This document shows, one piece after another, positions 39,201 through 45,612 of a stretch of DNA of 45,612 nucleotides. The DNA comes from a virus. Taxonomy: Duplodnaviria; Heunggongvirae; Uroviricota; Caudoviricetes. Made by a program: the position numbers and the translations under genes. The notes beneath the pieces are model-generated. The model was not told where the DNA came from, ran no database searches, and worked only from the letters and a program-made list of their open reading frames with translations. The first letter of the stretch is position 1; each line of letters starts with the position of its first letter. The stretch spans positions 1 through 45,612 of the IMG/VR virus record IMGVR_UViG_3300028805_001692; one strand, given 5' to 3'.

Positions 39201-40008
39201 GGTCATCTTCACTGAATGCAACCTTGAAAGGACGTATAGCCCTCTGCATCTGGTTATACTGATAATGATAAGTCCATACACGACAATAAGGATTATTATA
39301 ACCATTTTCCTTGGTAGGGTTATATTTCAAAAGGTTTCTACCATGAGACATACCATACTTCTTGGTATTGGCTGTCTGTGTGGGGTCATCCTGTGACCTT
39401 GAGTCATCTGAATTTGTATGGAATCTAGCTACTAGTGTTCTGTACTTACCAGCATTGAAACCATCATTTGTTTTCTTAATAAGGTCACATGATGTGAGAT
39501 TACTGAAACTGGTAGCAACCTGTCCGTTTGCTACACCGAAGTTAGCTTCAGCATTCTGTATTGACTTGTTATTTACCTCATCATCATTTGATTCAGCATA
39601 GTACAAGCCAGTCCTATCACGCTTTGTCTCATTAAGCTTAATATCTGGCATCCACCTATCCAACAGGTTTTGTGTGTCGAAATATGGGTCAGCAAATCTT
39701 ACAGTAGGTTTCTCCTTGTAGAAGGTAAACTTAGGACATCCTGTCTGACCCCCACCATACATATAGCTTGGTACAGAAGTTCCTTGCTGATAGTTTCTCC
39801 TAACATGGTCGAATATAAACATATAATCCTTACCAAGGAGGCTTATAGGCTCACGACCAAGTGACTGAATAATGAACATCAAGTCGTTATACGAGTCATT
39901 CATACCAATAGTTCTAGATACAAAATCACTATTGGATAAAATGTCTGCAACACCATTCTTGATTGCATTTGGTATTGACTTGAAATAGTTTGAAACACTA
40001 TTAGCCAT
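36277..40008 (-). CDS. Baseplate / tail-tube initiator-like structural protein with an OmpA-like insert
   Basis: FPPYDLTFNE...GRGENVYTYTNTER and PPVCVLRLGDFY...PMFAKVSLSF tube-initiator-type motifs flank GHAS...NNKLAKNRA...WRSASV. Confidence 0.6.
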   Translation of the reverse strand: MANSVSNYFKSIPNAIKNGVADILSNSDFVSRTIGMNDSYNDLMFIIQSLGREPISLLGKDYMFIFDHVRRNYQQGTSVPSYMYGGGQTGCPKFTFYKEKPTVRFADPYFDTQNLLDRWMPDIKLNETKRDRTGLYYAESNDDEVNNKSIQNAEANFGVANGQVATSFSNLTSCDLIKKTNDGFNAGKYRTLVARFHTNSDDSRSQDDPTQTANTKKYGMSHGRNLLKYNPTKENGYNNPYCRVWTYHYQYNQMQRAIRPFKVAFSEDDLERVEFLDNYGKGGFRTIESKNYGFDGGSKRLDKYGVMNYDNGFVNIAPTAKIKDYFEHKENDKDRRSVSTKRCMFSIENLAWRDEKNKMDEFDAYGLSAEQKGPLGGRIMWFPPYDLTFNEDVKVKWNSNEFIGRGENVYTYTNTERTGNLSFTLLIDHPSILDYWTGHEKNGMSNGGDPLSPGNDGGVDNINNQENTLLRFFAGCDILTAKPQEYWTRSKTPEVVQDQPNQQPPKAPNPNPQKPDEAKPQKKVLYCLAYYPNNYSGVDDTPNGSNPTVNAIHYLLNGIGTQKHINEITKNADDFAVDMSNKLTGSIGNGYGGYEMRSKGISVATDVLQPNYNVIKSTYADIETKKRKGQYLTNGNGSKISAYYDNGVPSFGTEYLAKQVSDESLSLAAASDGHGGVSKKVTDSPFEWYRKRWYYRVDKDTENQKLTLKDGSSGQINYLDTASYQYNSTGYDSKTDKLKSEFGISVTGDNKALVSLTDMYMALEGEGKSNNLLSGLYDDKNVEIIKNIIDKDGTCKITKITFYGHASVQGNNASARVNSTRNNKLAKNRALTFKMWMEKNNFPGLEDATIEFKNGVQSSGNKNDVNDPITKLWRSASVVIEYEEEETDGAQTTDSGVQTGVTDSETGAPLNTVDKVSSTSKDKGIISDKDGNKVKIKPNAINTARDWLHNTDEGRAILKTGYTETEYIRQKDGTIKEIQVPKMVNESTFTMADASRITGKDYLNTASTEYDDSYRNENIVVGKSTVKRYDNEGEFFQLLERNAPFMHHLITDKIKYFDPAYHSISPEGFNARLTFLQQCTRQGPTVGNSDYNSKTAYNLAFGRPPVCVLRLGDFYYTKIIINSINIQYENAQWDLNPEGIGVMPMFAKVSLSFTFLGGSDLAGPISRLQNAVSFNYYANASVYDNRAERVLYDSNGEGREVKYKPFTYPNANGTRKKSITVGDGTNSVTNNNVDRDGQILEDF

Positions 40009-40048
40009 GTATAAAATATAATTTCTTTTTGTTTTATTTAAAGGTTAA

Positions 40049-42763
40049 TTAAGACGTTAATCTTCCCAACGTTGTTGACTGTGATGGCATACCACGCAAG
40101 TATGCTGTATCATTCATAATTCTACCACCGTTGATGTCTGAAGCCATAGATTCTCTGATTATATCTTTAAGCTTAGATATGAATGACACGTCGTTAAGAA
40201 GACTCCTAACATCAATGTTCTGTGAATTATTACCACCATCAAGCTTGATTGTACCATTGATATTTACCTTAATTTCATCAACTGTAATTTTCTTTCCTCC
40301 AATATCAGAGGTGTTTGTATTCTGAGGAATATAGATATACTCCTTCTGTCCTACTGGTATTGCTTTTATGTTCTCAGTAAAGGTCTGTTGTTGCTTTTCG
40401 TTAAGCACAACTTCGCCCTTCTTAAGCCATGTAAGAATATCCTCACCAGCAGGTTTAGAAACTTCTCCAACAGCACCACCCTCAGAGTGTTTCTCAGTTG
40501 CCATATTCATAATGGTAGTATTAGCATTGTTAGTTGTGTTTCCTCCAATTGCTCCTCCAACTGAGTGCTTTTCAGTTGCCATATTCATAATGGTACTAGA
40601 TGCATTGTTTGTAATATTTCCACCTACAGCACCACCATTTGAATGCCTTTCTGGTGTGATAGAACCAACGATACCTCCCTGTGAATGGTGTTCTGCATCT
40701 GAAACAACTTTACCACCAAGCCATTCACCTCCTAGGTATCCACCAACACCACCTATAGCACCACCTATAAGTCCTCCGATAGCAGCACCAAGAGGTCCTG
40801 CAAGAGCACCTGCAACAGCACCAACCTTAGCACCAGCAAGTCCTCCAGCGAGTGCTCCAGCACCTCCACCTACAGCCTTACTGGTCTCATGGTTAACGTG
40901 CTGCTTTGCCCTCTCTTTCTCCTGTGCTGATTTGGTTTTATCCTGGTCTATTTTCTCTTTTTCTTTATTTCCCTTGTATAGTGCATAAGCACCCTCTCCG
41001 ACTGCAAGAGCAGTTCCAGCCCAACCAAAGGCTCTAGAAGCACCCTTAGCAAGAGCAGAGTGCCTTCCAAGTGTCTTTAATGCATTTTTACCCTTTTTCC
41101 ACCAGCCGCCACTCGTTTTATTGGCTGAGTTCTTCATCCAGTTCTTTATTTGTTTCCAAGTACCAGATGATGTTGATTTTCCTTTAGCACCAGGTTTACC
41201 CTTTGCTGCTGGTTTAGTGGTCTTGGATTTTCCACCTCCTAAGAAATTATAAAGTTTACTACCAAGTCCCCATATTCCCTTAATGATTCCAAGCATAGGC
41301 ATAAGTGCCATAGCACCAAGAAGTTTCCACCAATCACTAGTTAAGAATGTAGCAATCTTACCGACAACATCAATTACAGTCTTGACACCAGCCTTAATCT
41401 CTGGCATGTGGGAAAGAGTCCATTGTATTAGTTCCTTAATGTTCTCAGCAATCTTCTCAACATGAGGAGTAACCATCTTATACAAATCGCCAAGGAATTC
41501 TTTTAATTTAGGCATAAATGGCGCAATCTTTTCTGCCATTGTTCCCTGGATGGATGTTAACATACCAGTCAACGTGTCATAGATGGAGTTAAGAGTTCTT
41601 GCCTGTTCTGCCATGATTTCCTCATCAGACATGTTGTTAAACCTCATCATGTCTTCGAGTTCCTTGCTACCCTCACCCTGGAAATAAGATAGGTCTTCCA
41701 TCTTCTTGGTGACAGAGCTGTACATCTGCAACGTATTGGTTTGCGGATTATACTGGGACTTATTCAACAAGAAGTCTTTCTTGTTTTCATCGCCACCAGA
41801 TAACCTTTCAATATCATTTCCAAACCTGTTGTTCTTGAACTGTACCTCGGCATTTTTCTTTGCAATTGCGGTAGCTTCATCAAGGCTTATTCCCATAGCA
41901 TCAGCAATACCCTTAACGAAGTCCCTACTCATGGCATTCATCTTTGCCATACCAGTTTGGGTATCGAATCTTGCATATCCACCAAGCATCTTGGTCATTC
42001 TCTCACCAAATGCCTCTGGGTCATAGTTTGCCTCATAAGACATATCAAGTGGGTTTCCACCATATGCACCAGCCGCACCACCAAGCATTGATAACTTAGC
42101 GGAGTTTTCTATTGCATCCTGTATGTCCATGAACTTGTTGGCGGCAGACTCAAGTGACTGTATGTTGAATCCCATCTTCTCTGAGAGAGCTACCATCTTG
42201 GTAAGACCGTCAACACCGTTCTTGAAGGTAAGCCTATTAGCCATAGTCAAGTTCTGACCAATCTTAGCTGCCATACCAGCAGCATCAAGTCCCTTCTTTG
42301 CAGCAGTTGCATATGCCTTAGAAACAGCACCTTGAACAGTACTAAGCTGCCCACCCATTGTACGCATTATGGTCTGCGTAAACTCGTTGGATGTCTCCTC
42401 ACCTACAGTTCTGTTAATTTGTATTTGTTTCTCTGCTTCCGCATTACCAAGCATTAACACCCTACCAGTTGCACGTGCAAGGTTTTTCTCTAGCTTGGCT
42501 ACCTCCTCAGCAGCAATGCCATATTTAGCACCAAGGTCTTTAGCCCTTGTTGCCAGTACTTCGGTATATGCTTGGGCTTGTTTAGCTGTAAGTCCAGCCT
42601 GGCGTGAGAATGCCATAGCTGTGTCATTGAACTTCAATGCCATCTTAAACCCACCAAGAAATAGATTCGAAATTAATTTCAGTGAAGTTGCAATAGTACC
42701 GTTCAACAAACCAGCTATCTGACCAAGCGTACCAAGTAACATTTTAGCGACTGTAGGATTCAT
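40049..42763 (-). CDS. Tape measure protein
   Basis: Ala/Gly-rich helical protein with a GAxAG/LAGPLG hydrophobic region, upstream of baseplate genes. Confidence 0.75.
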   Translation of the reverse strand: MNPTVAKMLLGTLGQIAGLLNGTIATSLKLISNLFLGGFKMALKFNDTAMAFSRQAGLTAKQAQAYTEVLATRAKDLGAKYGIAAEEVAKLEKNLARATGRVLMLGNAEAEKQIQINRTVGEETSNEFTQTIMRTMGGQLSTVQGAVSKAYATAAKKGLDAAGMAAKIGQNLTMANRLTFKNGVDGLTKMVALSEKMGFNIQSLESAANKFMDIQDAIENSAKLSMLGGAAGAYGGNPLDMSYEANYDPEAFGERMTKMLGGYARFDTQTGMAKMNAMSRDFVKGIADAMGISLDEATAIAKKNAEVQFKNNRFGNDIERLSGGDENKKDFLLNKSQYNPQTNTLQMYSSVTKKMEDLSYFQGEGSKELEDMMRFNNMSDEEIMAEQARTLNSIYDTLTGMLTSIQGTMAEKIAPFMPKLKEFLGDLYKMVTPHVEKIAENIKELIQWTLSHMPEIKAGVKTVIDVVGKIATFLTSDWWKLLGAMALMPMLGIIKGIWGLGSKLYNFLGGGKSKTTKPAAKGKPGAKGKSTSSGTWKQIKNWMKNSANKTSGGWWKKGKNALKTLGRHSALAKGASRAFGWAGTALAVGEGAYALYKGNKEKEKIDQDKTKSAQEKERAKQHVNHETSKAVGGGAGALAGGLAGAKVGAVAGALAGPLGAAIGGLIGGAIGGVGGYLGGEWLGGKVVSDAEHHSQGGIVGSITPERHSNGGAVGGNITNNASSTIMNMATEKHSVGGAIGGNTTNNANTTIMNMATEKHSEGGAVGEVSKPAGEDILTWLKKGEVVLNEKQQQTFTENIKAIPVGQKEYIYIPQNTNTSDIGGKKITVDEIKVNINGTIKLDGGNNSQNIDVRSLLNDVSFISKLKDIIRESMASDINGGRIMNDTAYLRGMPSQSTTLGRLTS
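40486..40640 (-). repeat. 78-bp tandem duplication in the tape measure gene
   Basis: CAGTTGCCATATTCATAATGGTA at 40495 and 40573 (26-aa unit HSxGGAxGGNxTNNAxxTIMNMATEK). Confidence 0.85.
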
Positions 42764-42823
42764 ATTTATCAGTTCAAATTTTTATATAAATACACTTATT
42801 TTAGATTTTTTAACACCATATAT

Positions 42824-42854
42824 TTTGTTAATAAAAACATTTTCTGTAACTTTG
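42824..42854 (+). promoter_or_regulatory. Host-type promoter, plus strand
   Basis: TTTG 42824-27, N19, TAACTTTG 42847-54. Confidence 0.75.
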
Positions 42855-42882
42855 CACCGTCAAACAAATAAAAGTTATAATA

Positions 42883-43086
42883 ATGAGATTTTATAAGGAA
42901 GTTTGGGGTATTACATGGGAGTTCAACTCCATTGGTGAATATGCAGCATTTGTTGCTGGAAGAATCCTTGGAGTTCTTATATTCATCGGACTCATATATT
43001 TACTTGTAGTATTCGTGGGTTCTGGAGAAGATACACTCCCAGAGAGTGATTATGAAGTGATACCAGCAAGTGTTTACGAATATTGA
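42883..43086 (+). CDS. Small membrane protein
   Basis: 67 aa, single TM helix. Confidence 0.6.
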   Translation: MRFYKEVWGITWEFNSIGEYAAFVAGRILGVLIFIGLIYLLVVFVGSGEDTLPESDYEVIPASVYEY

Positions 43087-43510
43087 GAATACAGCAATGG
43101 AAGTGACTGAGGAACAGATAAGGTACATGTTTCGTAACTACAACGAAAAATATTTCGACAATATCCTACCAATGCCGAATATTGAGATAAGCAGTAGTTT
43201 TAAGTATTTCGGACTTTTTACGTCTGAAATCGAAAATGACACTACTGTAAATCCATGTATACACATAAGTGGGCAGTATGACTATAAGCCAGCCCAGATT
43301 CGTGACATTCTCATTCACGAAATGATACACTACTACTTAACTTACAATGGTGTCGAGATTGAAGAACTTCATGGAAAAGAGTTTCATCGTCTGGCTAAAA
43401 TGTTCAATAAACAATATGGTATGCATATAACAGCAACCATAGATGAATCTAAATATAAAAGAAGGAAGGGTAGTTCATGGATTAAATACCAGCTTTCAAA
43501 ACTATTTTAA
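43070..43510 (+). CDS. SprT-like zinc metalloprotease
   Basis: ILIHEMIH (HExxH) and downstream HGKEF. Confidence 0.8.
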   Translation: MFTNIENTAMEVTEEQIRYMFRNYNEKYFDNILPMPNIEISSSFKYFGLFTSEIENDTTVNPCIHISGQYDYKPAQIRDILIHEMIHYYLTYNGVEIEELHGKEFHRLAKMFNKQYGMHITATIDESKYKRRKGSSWIKYQLSKLF

Positions 43511-43542
43511 GCCTGCGTGATATTTATTGTAAAACTTTTACA

Positions 43543-44214
43543 ATGAATATAAGACAGATTATAACTGAAGCAATTAATAAAAGAGTCCTGGAAAATTACT
43601 CAAGACAAATGGGTGGTTATCTGGGAGAATTCGGTCTTGACCCAACCCCATTAGGAAATGACAGAACTTCATTGAGTTTTATAAAAGAGTTTAACAGTTT
43701 TTGCTTCCAAGTAAAAGATGCAATTGACAGTAAAAACTATAAGCCATCAACAGGAAGAGTGAGACAAACAACACCAGGAGTTAATGGATTAGAGCATAAT
43801 AGACACGAGCCAAATGCAGGCGACAACTGGGCTACGAAATTTGTTAATAAAACGGTTGATGTTGCTGATGATGTGTACCACTATGCAGGAAACGAGATTA
43901 ATCTTGACCCTGTTTTCGGTGGAATGGCTAGAAGCTTTAGAAACGGCTATAATGCTGGTGTTGACTTTTTCAAACCAGACCCAAATGGTAAACAACAAGT
44001 ACAACAGCAACCTGCTCAGACTCAAGCTAGAAGAACAAGACCAGTAAAGACTGGAGTTGACTTAACAACACTGATGGGAGATACCTATAGAAAAGTCATC
44101 ACAGACTATAGAAGTGTTTGTACGGTGAATCAAACTGGTTTAAGTAGAGTAAGAGGTTTAGGAGAACTTTTAAGAATACTACAAGGCATAAAAAATGCAC
44201 TAAGTCAGCCTTAG
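43543..44214 (+). CDS. Hypothetical protein
   Basis: 223 aa; preceded by ATATTTATTG; N-terminal IITEA. Confidence 0.7.
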   Translation: MNIRQIITEAINKRVLENYSRQMGGYLGEFGLDPTPLGNDRTSLSFIKEFNSFCFQVKDAIDSKNYKPSTGRVRQTTPGVNGLEHNRHEPNAGDNWATKFVNKTVDVADDVYHYAGNEINLDPVFGGMARSFRNGYNAGVDFFKPDPNGKQQVQQQPAQTQARRTRPVKTGVDLTTLMGDTYRKVITDYRSVCTVNQTGLSRVRGLGELLRILQGIKNALSQP

Positions 44215-44220
44215 TGCATT
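44194..44220. terminator. Bidirectional terminator
   Basis: Perfect 11-bp stem AATGCACTAAG/CTTAGTGCATT with A and T tracts on either side. Confidence 0.85.
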
Positions 44221-44228
44221 ATTTTTTT

Positions 44229-44470
44229 TTATTCAAATACTTCATCACCAGTTACTCCCTGGCTCATATTTGTATACATGTTTATATCACTTGTTGTACT
44301 AGTGTTATTCAATGCATTCTCCCTTTCTGTCATATATTCGTTATACCTGTGTATATAATACTTCCTATCACGTATTGGCATACTCTCAAGTACGTCGAAA
44401 GGTATCTTCATGAACATATGACAAGCGAACAGTTCCTCTTTAAGATTCTGTTCATAGGTCGGGTATATTG
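44229..44470 (-). CDS. gp51-like hub/tail assembly protein, start unresolved
   Basis: LKEELFACHMFMKIPFDVLESMPIRDRKYY helix pattern; first ATG only at 44417. Confidence 0.55.
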
Positions 44471-45612
44471 AGGAAAACAGAATCGTCCCAGTTAAGAAAG
44501 GTCTTAAATGAGCCACCTCCAAGACTCTCTGGTCTTTCTACTTCAATATCGAAATTAATTCCTGGTCTATTTTTCTCAATGTACTTTCTAAGATTAAGTG
44601 CATCCAATGCTGGCATTGATGCAACATACTTCTTGATAAACTCCCTGTCGGTATTTCCGTTAACTGCCATAATCTGCATCTGCAAGCTGTTTGTTACAAG
44701 CCTGTTGAACTGTGACTGGTTAACTTCCTTAAGTTTCTTAGACCAATTGCCCATGATTGCAATAGCGTTTCTCATAACCTTCTTGTCTGATTCCTTAAGA
44801 ACCTTATCGCTTGCAATTGCTGCTGTAAGGATTTCTCTCTCAGTATCAAGCATATAAGCCCTTGTACCGTTATTCTCAATCTCGTTAACCTTCTGCAACT
44901 GTTTCTCCATCTTCCTGGTAAGATATCTGAACTTAAGTTTATCTTTCTTCACAGGAGTCTCAAATTCAAACCATCCGTTCTCATCACCAATGAGTGTAAA
45001 TTCCTTTGGTTTAAGTGATGTAAGGTCTACTACACTCTCAATCTGTTCACCAGTGTCTGGGTCAACAACTACGATTGGAAATTCAGGTCCGTAACTCGTT
45101 GCTCTTAAGAACAATGTAATTGCGTCAACGTCCCCACTAATAAGGTCATCTGGGTTAATTTCCTTATTCACAATCTTATTCTTAAGAAGAAAATCAATTA
45201 CTAGTCCATCCTTATACAAGTTTGGTGATGTGATTATATTCTCATCATATGCTGTGAGGTATGCAACAGGAACTCTGTCCATCTTGTTTTTGTAACACTG
45301 ACCGTTACTTGGAAGCTGGATAACATCATACTGCACGTTAGATTCGGTGTCACTGAATGTTGACTCAGTGCTTATAACAGTCTCACTTGGTGTCATGTCA
45401 TAGTCATTCTGACCCTCCTCTGTCACAGTAGCATCCTTAATTGGTTCTTCGTATTCAGCAACAGTAGAAGCCTCATTGTCAATATCATTAAGCATATCAA
45501 AGATTGACATGTCGGTATCACCGAAGAGGTTACTTGTCTTCTTCTCTTTCTTAGGGGTGAACTGCTGAGGATTCTGTAATGCAGTAGGGTCTATTGAGTT
45601 GATGTGGTCGAT
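44452..45612 (-). CDS. gp26-like baseplate hub assembly chaperone, 5' end beyond the window
   Basis: IQLPSNG...YLTAYDENII...DL.SGD...LFLRATSYG; frame stays open from 45510 to the window edge. Confidence 0.75.
   Translation of the reverse strand: MDHINSIDPTALQNPQQFTPKKEKKTSNLFGDTDMSIFDMLNDIDNEASTVAEYEEPIKDATVTEEGQNDYDMTPSETVISTESTFSDTESNVQYDVIQLPSNGQCYKNKMDRVPVAYLTAYDENIITSPNLYKDGLVIDFLLKNKIVNKEINPDDLISGDVDAITLFLRATSYGPEFPIVVVDPDTGEQIESVVDLTSLKPKEFTLIGDENGWFEFETPVKKDKLKFRYLTRKMEKQLQKVNEIENNGTRAYMLDTEREILTAAIASDKVLKESDKKVMRNAIAIMGNWSKKLKEVNQSQFNRLVTNSLQMQIMAVNGNTDREFIKKYVASMPALDALNLRKYIEKNRPGINFDIEVERPESLGGGSFKTFLNWDDSVFLNIPDL

Noticed and set aside
1-45612. TAG-recoded genetic code as in some gut megaphages
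   Set aside because: ORFs of 2169 and 1243 aa are uninterrupted under the standard code, and TAG ends genes at sensible positions (e.g. nrdG).
1-45612. tRNA or rRNA genes
   Set aside because: No cloverleaf or rRNA-like sequence recognised in the short intergenic gaps.

Overview
Segment of a large T4-like (contractile-tailed) phage genome infecting a Bacteroidota host: ten TTTG-N19-20-TAnnTTTG host-type promoters (one with an imperfect -33), standard genetic code, nearly all genes on the minus strand. It carries baseplate, neck and tail genes (gp6-, gp25-, gp13-, gp53-, gp26/gp51-like, tape measure, a 2169-aa tail hydrolase) and replication/nucleotide genes (nrdD/nrdG, DnaB-like helicase, flap exonuclease, RecA/UvsX, tdk, gp32-like SSB). 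The main discovery is in the accessory block at 3.1-12.3 kb. An apparently intact IscB nuclease (10273-11547) has an upstream omega-RNA scaffold with no guide of its own, starting at the predicted TSS with a 21-nt anti-repeat (11730-11750). Directly downstream of iscB is a 7-copy repeat array (9525-10259) with long, irregular spacers, and its repeat is complementary to that anti-repeat. This looks like a naturally split omegaRNA (tracrRNA-like scaffold plus multi-guide array), with no cas1/cas2 or tnpA in the window. Next to it are a TonB-dependent receptor, PnuC and NadR (a candidate NAD+ salvage route) and a radical SAM gene beside a Cys/Gly-rich peptide. All calls come from reading motifs by eye; no database searches were run.
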